This document shows, one piece after another, positions 62,943 to 64,000 of a stretch of 64,000 nucleotides of DNA. A model generated the notes under the pieces. The model ran no database searches. It was not told the DNA's origin and worked only from the letters and a program-made list of their open reading frames with translations. This DNA is from Myxococcota bacterium. GTDB lineage: Bacteria > Myxococcota_A > UBA9160 > SZUA-336. The stretch is from assembly GCA_035498875.1 (NCBI GenBank), contig DATJZP010000061.1, positions 71,321 through 135,320 on the forward strand, given 5' to 3'. The stretch's first letter is position 1. Every line of letters begins with the position of its first letter. Both the position numbers and the translations under genes were made by a program.

Positions 62943-64000
62943 ATGAAGTTCGGCGCGATGGTCGCGACCAAGGTCGACGACTGGAAGATCTTCAAGGACG
63001 TCGAGTCACTGGGCTACGACCACGGCTGGGCGCCCGACTCGCAGATGATCTGGTCCGATTGCTACGCCACCCTGGCGCTCGCGGCGGCGAACACGTCGCG
63101 CATCAAGCTGGGCACGGGCGTGGCGATCGCGCCGACGCGGCTCGCGCCGGTGACCGCGCACTCGATCGCCTCGATCGCGCGGCTCGCGCCGGGCCGGGTC
63201 TTCCTCGGCATCGGCACGGGTCACACCGCGATGCGAGTCATGGGCATGAAGCCGATGGTGCCGCGCGAGTTCCGCGAGTATCTGCGCGTGGTGCGGGCGC
63301 TGCTGGCGGGCGAGGAGGTCGAGTACACCCACGGCACCGAGAGGCGCGCGATCCGCTTCCTGCACCTGGACGAGAAGTTCATCGAGCTCACGCCACGGAT
63401 TCCGATCTGGGTCGCCGCGAACGGCCCCGGCGCGCTGCGCGCCGCCGGCGCTTACGGCGACGGCCGGATCTCGGCGCTGAACGAGCCGCCGGAGATGACC
63501 CGGCGCAGTCTCGCGGCCATGGAGCAGGGTGCGCGCGAGCTCGGCCGCAAGCTGCCTGCCGACTTCCACACCGCCGCGCTCACCACGGCGGTCGTGCTGC
63601 GTCCGGGCGAGACACTCCGGAGCGAGCGCGTGATCGACGCCTGCGGCTCGCAGGTGGCCGCCGCCTGGCACTACGCCTGGGAAGGCTGGCGCATGAACCC
63701 CGACGACGGGCCGCCGGTGCCTCCGGGCCTGGTGAGCCTGTTCGAGGAGTACTGCGCCCACGTGGACAAGATGGAGACGCCGCCCGAGAAGCGGTATCTG
63801 CAGATCCACGAGGGTCACTGCACCTTCCTGGTGCCCGAGGAGCGCCGCTTCGTGACTCCCGACGCGATCCGGACCTGGATCCTGGCCGGCACGCCCGACG
63901 AGCTGATCGCGCAGCTCCACGCCGCCGAGGCCGCCGGGCTGCGCGAGATCACGCTCCTGCCGCCGATGGCGTCGGCGCGCGAGCTGTTCCGCGACTTCGC
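62943..64000 (+). CDS. LLM-class (luciferase-like) flavin/F420-dependent oxidoreductase, 3' end beyond window
   Basis: ATG at 62943. MKFGAMVATKVDDWKIFKDVESLGYDHGWAPDSQMIW is typical of LLM TIM-barrel oxidoreductases. No stop before the window end. Confidence 0.7.
   Translation, partial: MKFGAMVATKVDDWKIFKDVESLGYDHGWAPDSQMIWSDCYATLALAAANTSRIKLGTGVAIAPTRLAPVTAHSIASIARLAPGRVFLGIGTGHTAMRVMGMKPMVPREFREYLRVVRALLAGEEVEYTHGTERRAIRFLHLDEKFIELTPRIPIWVAANGPGALRAAGAYGDGRISALNEPPEMTRRSLAAMEQGARELGRKLPADFHTAALTTAVVLRPGETLRSERVIDACGSQVAAAWHYAWEGWRMNPDDGPPVPPGLVSLFEEYCAHVDKMETPPEKRYLQIHEGHCTFLVPEERRFVTPDAIRTWILAGTPDELIAQLHAAEAAGLREITLLPPMASARELFRDF

Noticed and set aside
63006-63920. 304-aa minus-strand ORF inside the LLM oxidoreductase gene
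   Set aside because: Antisense to a gene with clear LLM family sequence. The composition is R/A/G-rich.

Overview
This is a 64 kb stretch of a high-GC bacterial chromosome, roughly 70% GC with strong GC3 codon bias. That bias produces many long spurious antisense ORFs in the six-frame track; I filtered them by protein plausibility and family motifs. Dense coding with many 4-bp overlaps, sigma-54/NtrC regulators, an exosortase and a TIGR-like paralog family suggest a delta-proteobacterial or Myxococcota-like organism, but that is inference. I call about 60 protein-coding genes and see no rRNA, tRNA, CRISPR or IS element. Most genes are housekeeping or metabolic. They include sppA, a LeuA-like/GNAT/LeuB-like trio, ltaE, a yifB/comM-like ATPase, folC, glgB, asd, panE, thiE and moeA-mobA. 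There is also acyl-CoA metabolism, including a carboxyltransferase, an enoyl-CoA hydratase, a MaoC dehydratase and acetoacetyl-CoA synthetase. The window also holds three two-component systems and a heterodimeric ABC exporter pair. The most interesting region is a same-strand island with lower GC3 at about 17.7-22.0 kb. It encodes a patatin-like phospholipase, an NRDE protein, a 106-aa Cys-rich small protein, a radical-SAM/SPASM enzyme and a split zinc-ribbon membrane protein. This looks like an uncharacterised peptide or protein-modification (RiPP-like) cassette. Other notable signals are a four-copy REP-like hairpin family with compensatory stem changes, a candidate Leu-rich leader peptide plus terminator upstream of the leuA-like gene, and a perfect 18-bp AT-rich palindrome between divergent citrate-synthase paralogs, one fused to an HTH domain. 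I also flag a lipoprotein with seven tandem Ca-binding-like repeats next to an OmpA/VWA pair, and two intergenic direct or tandem repeat structures.
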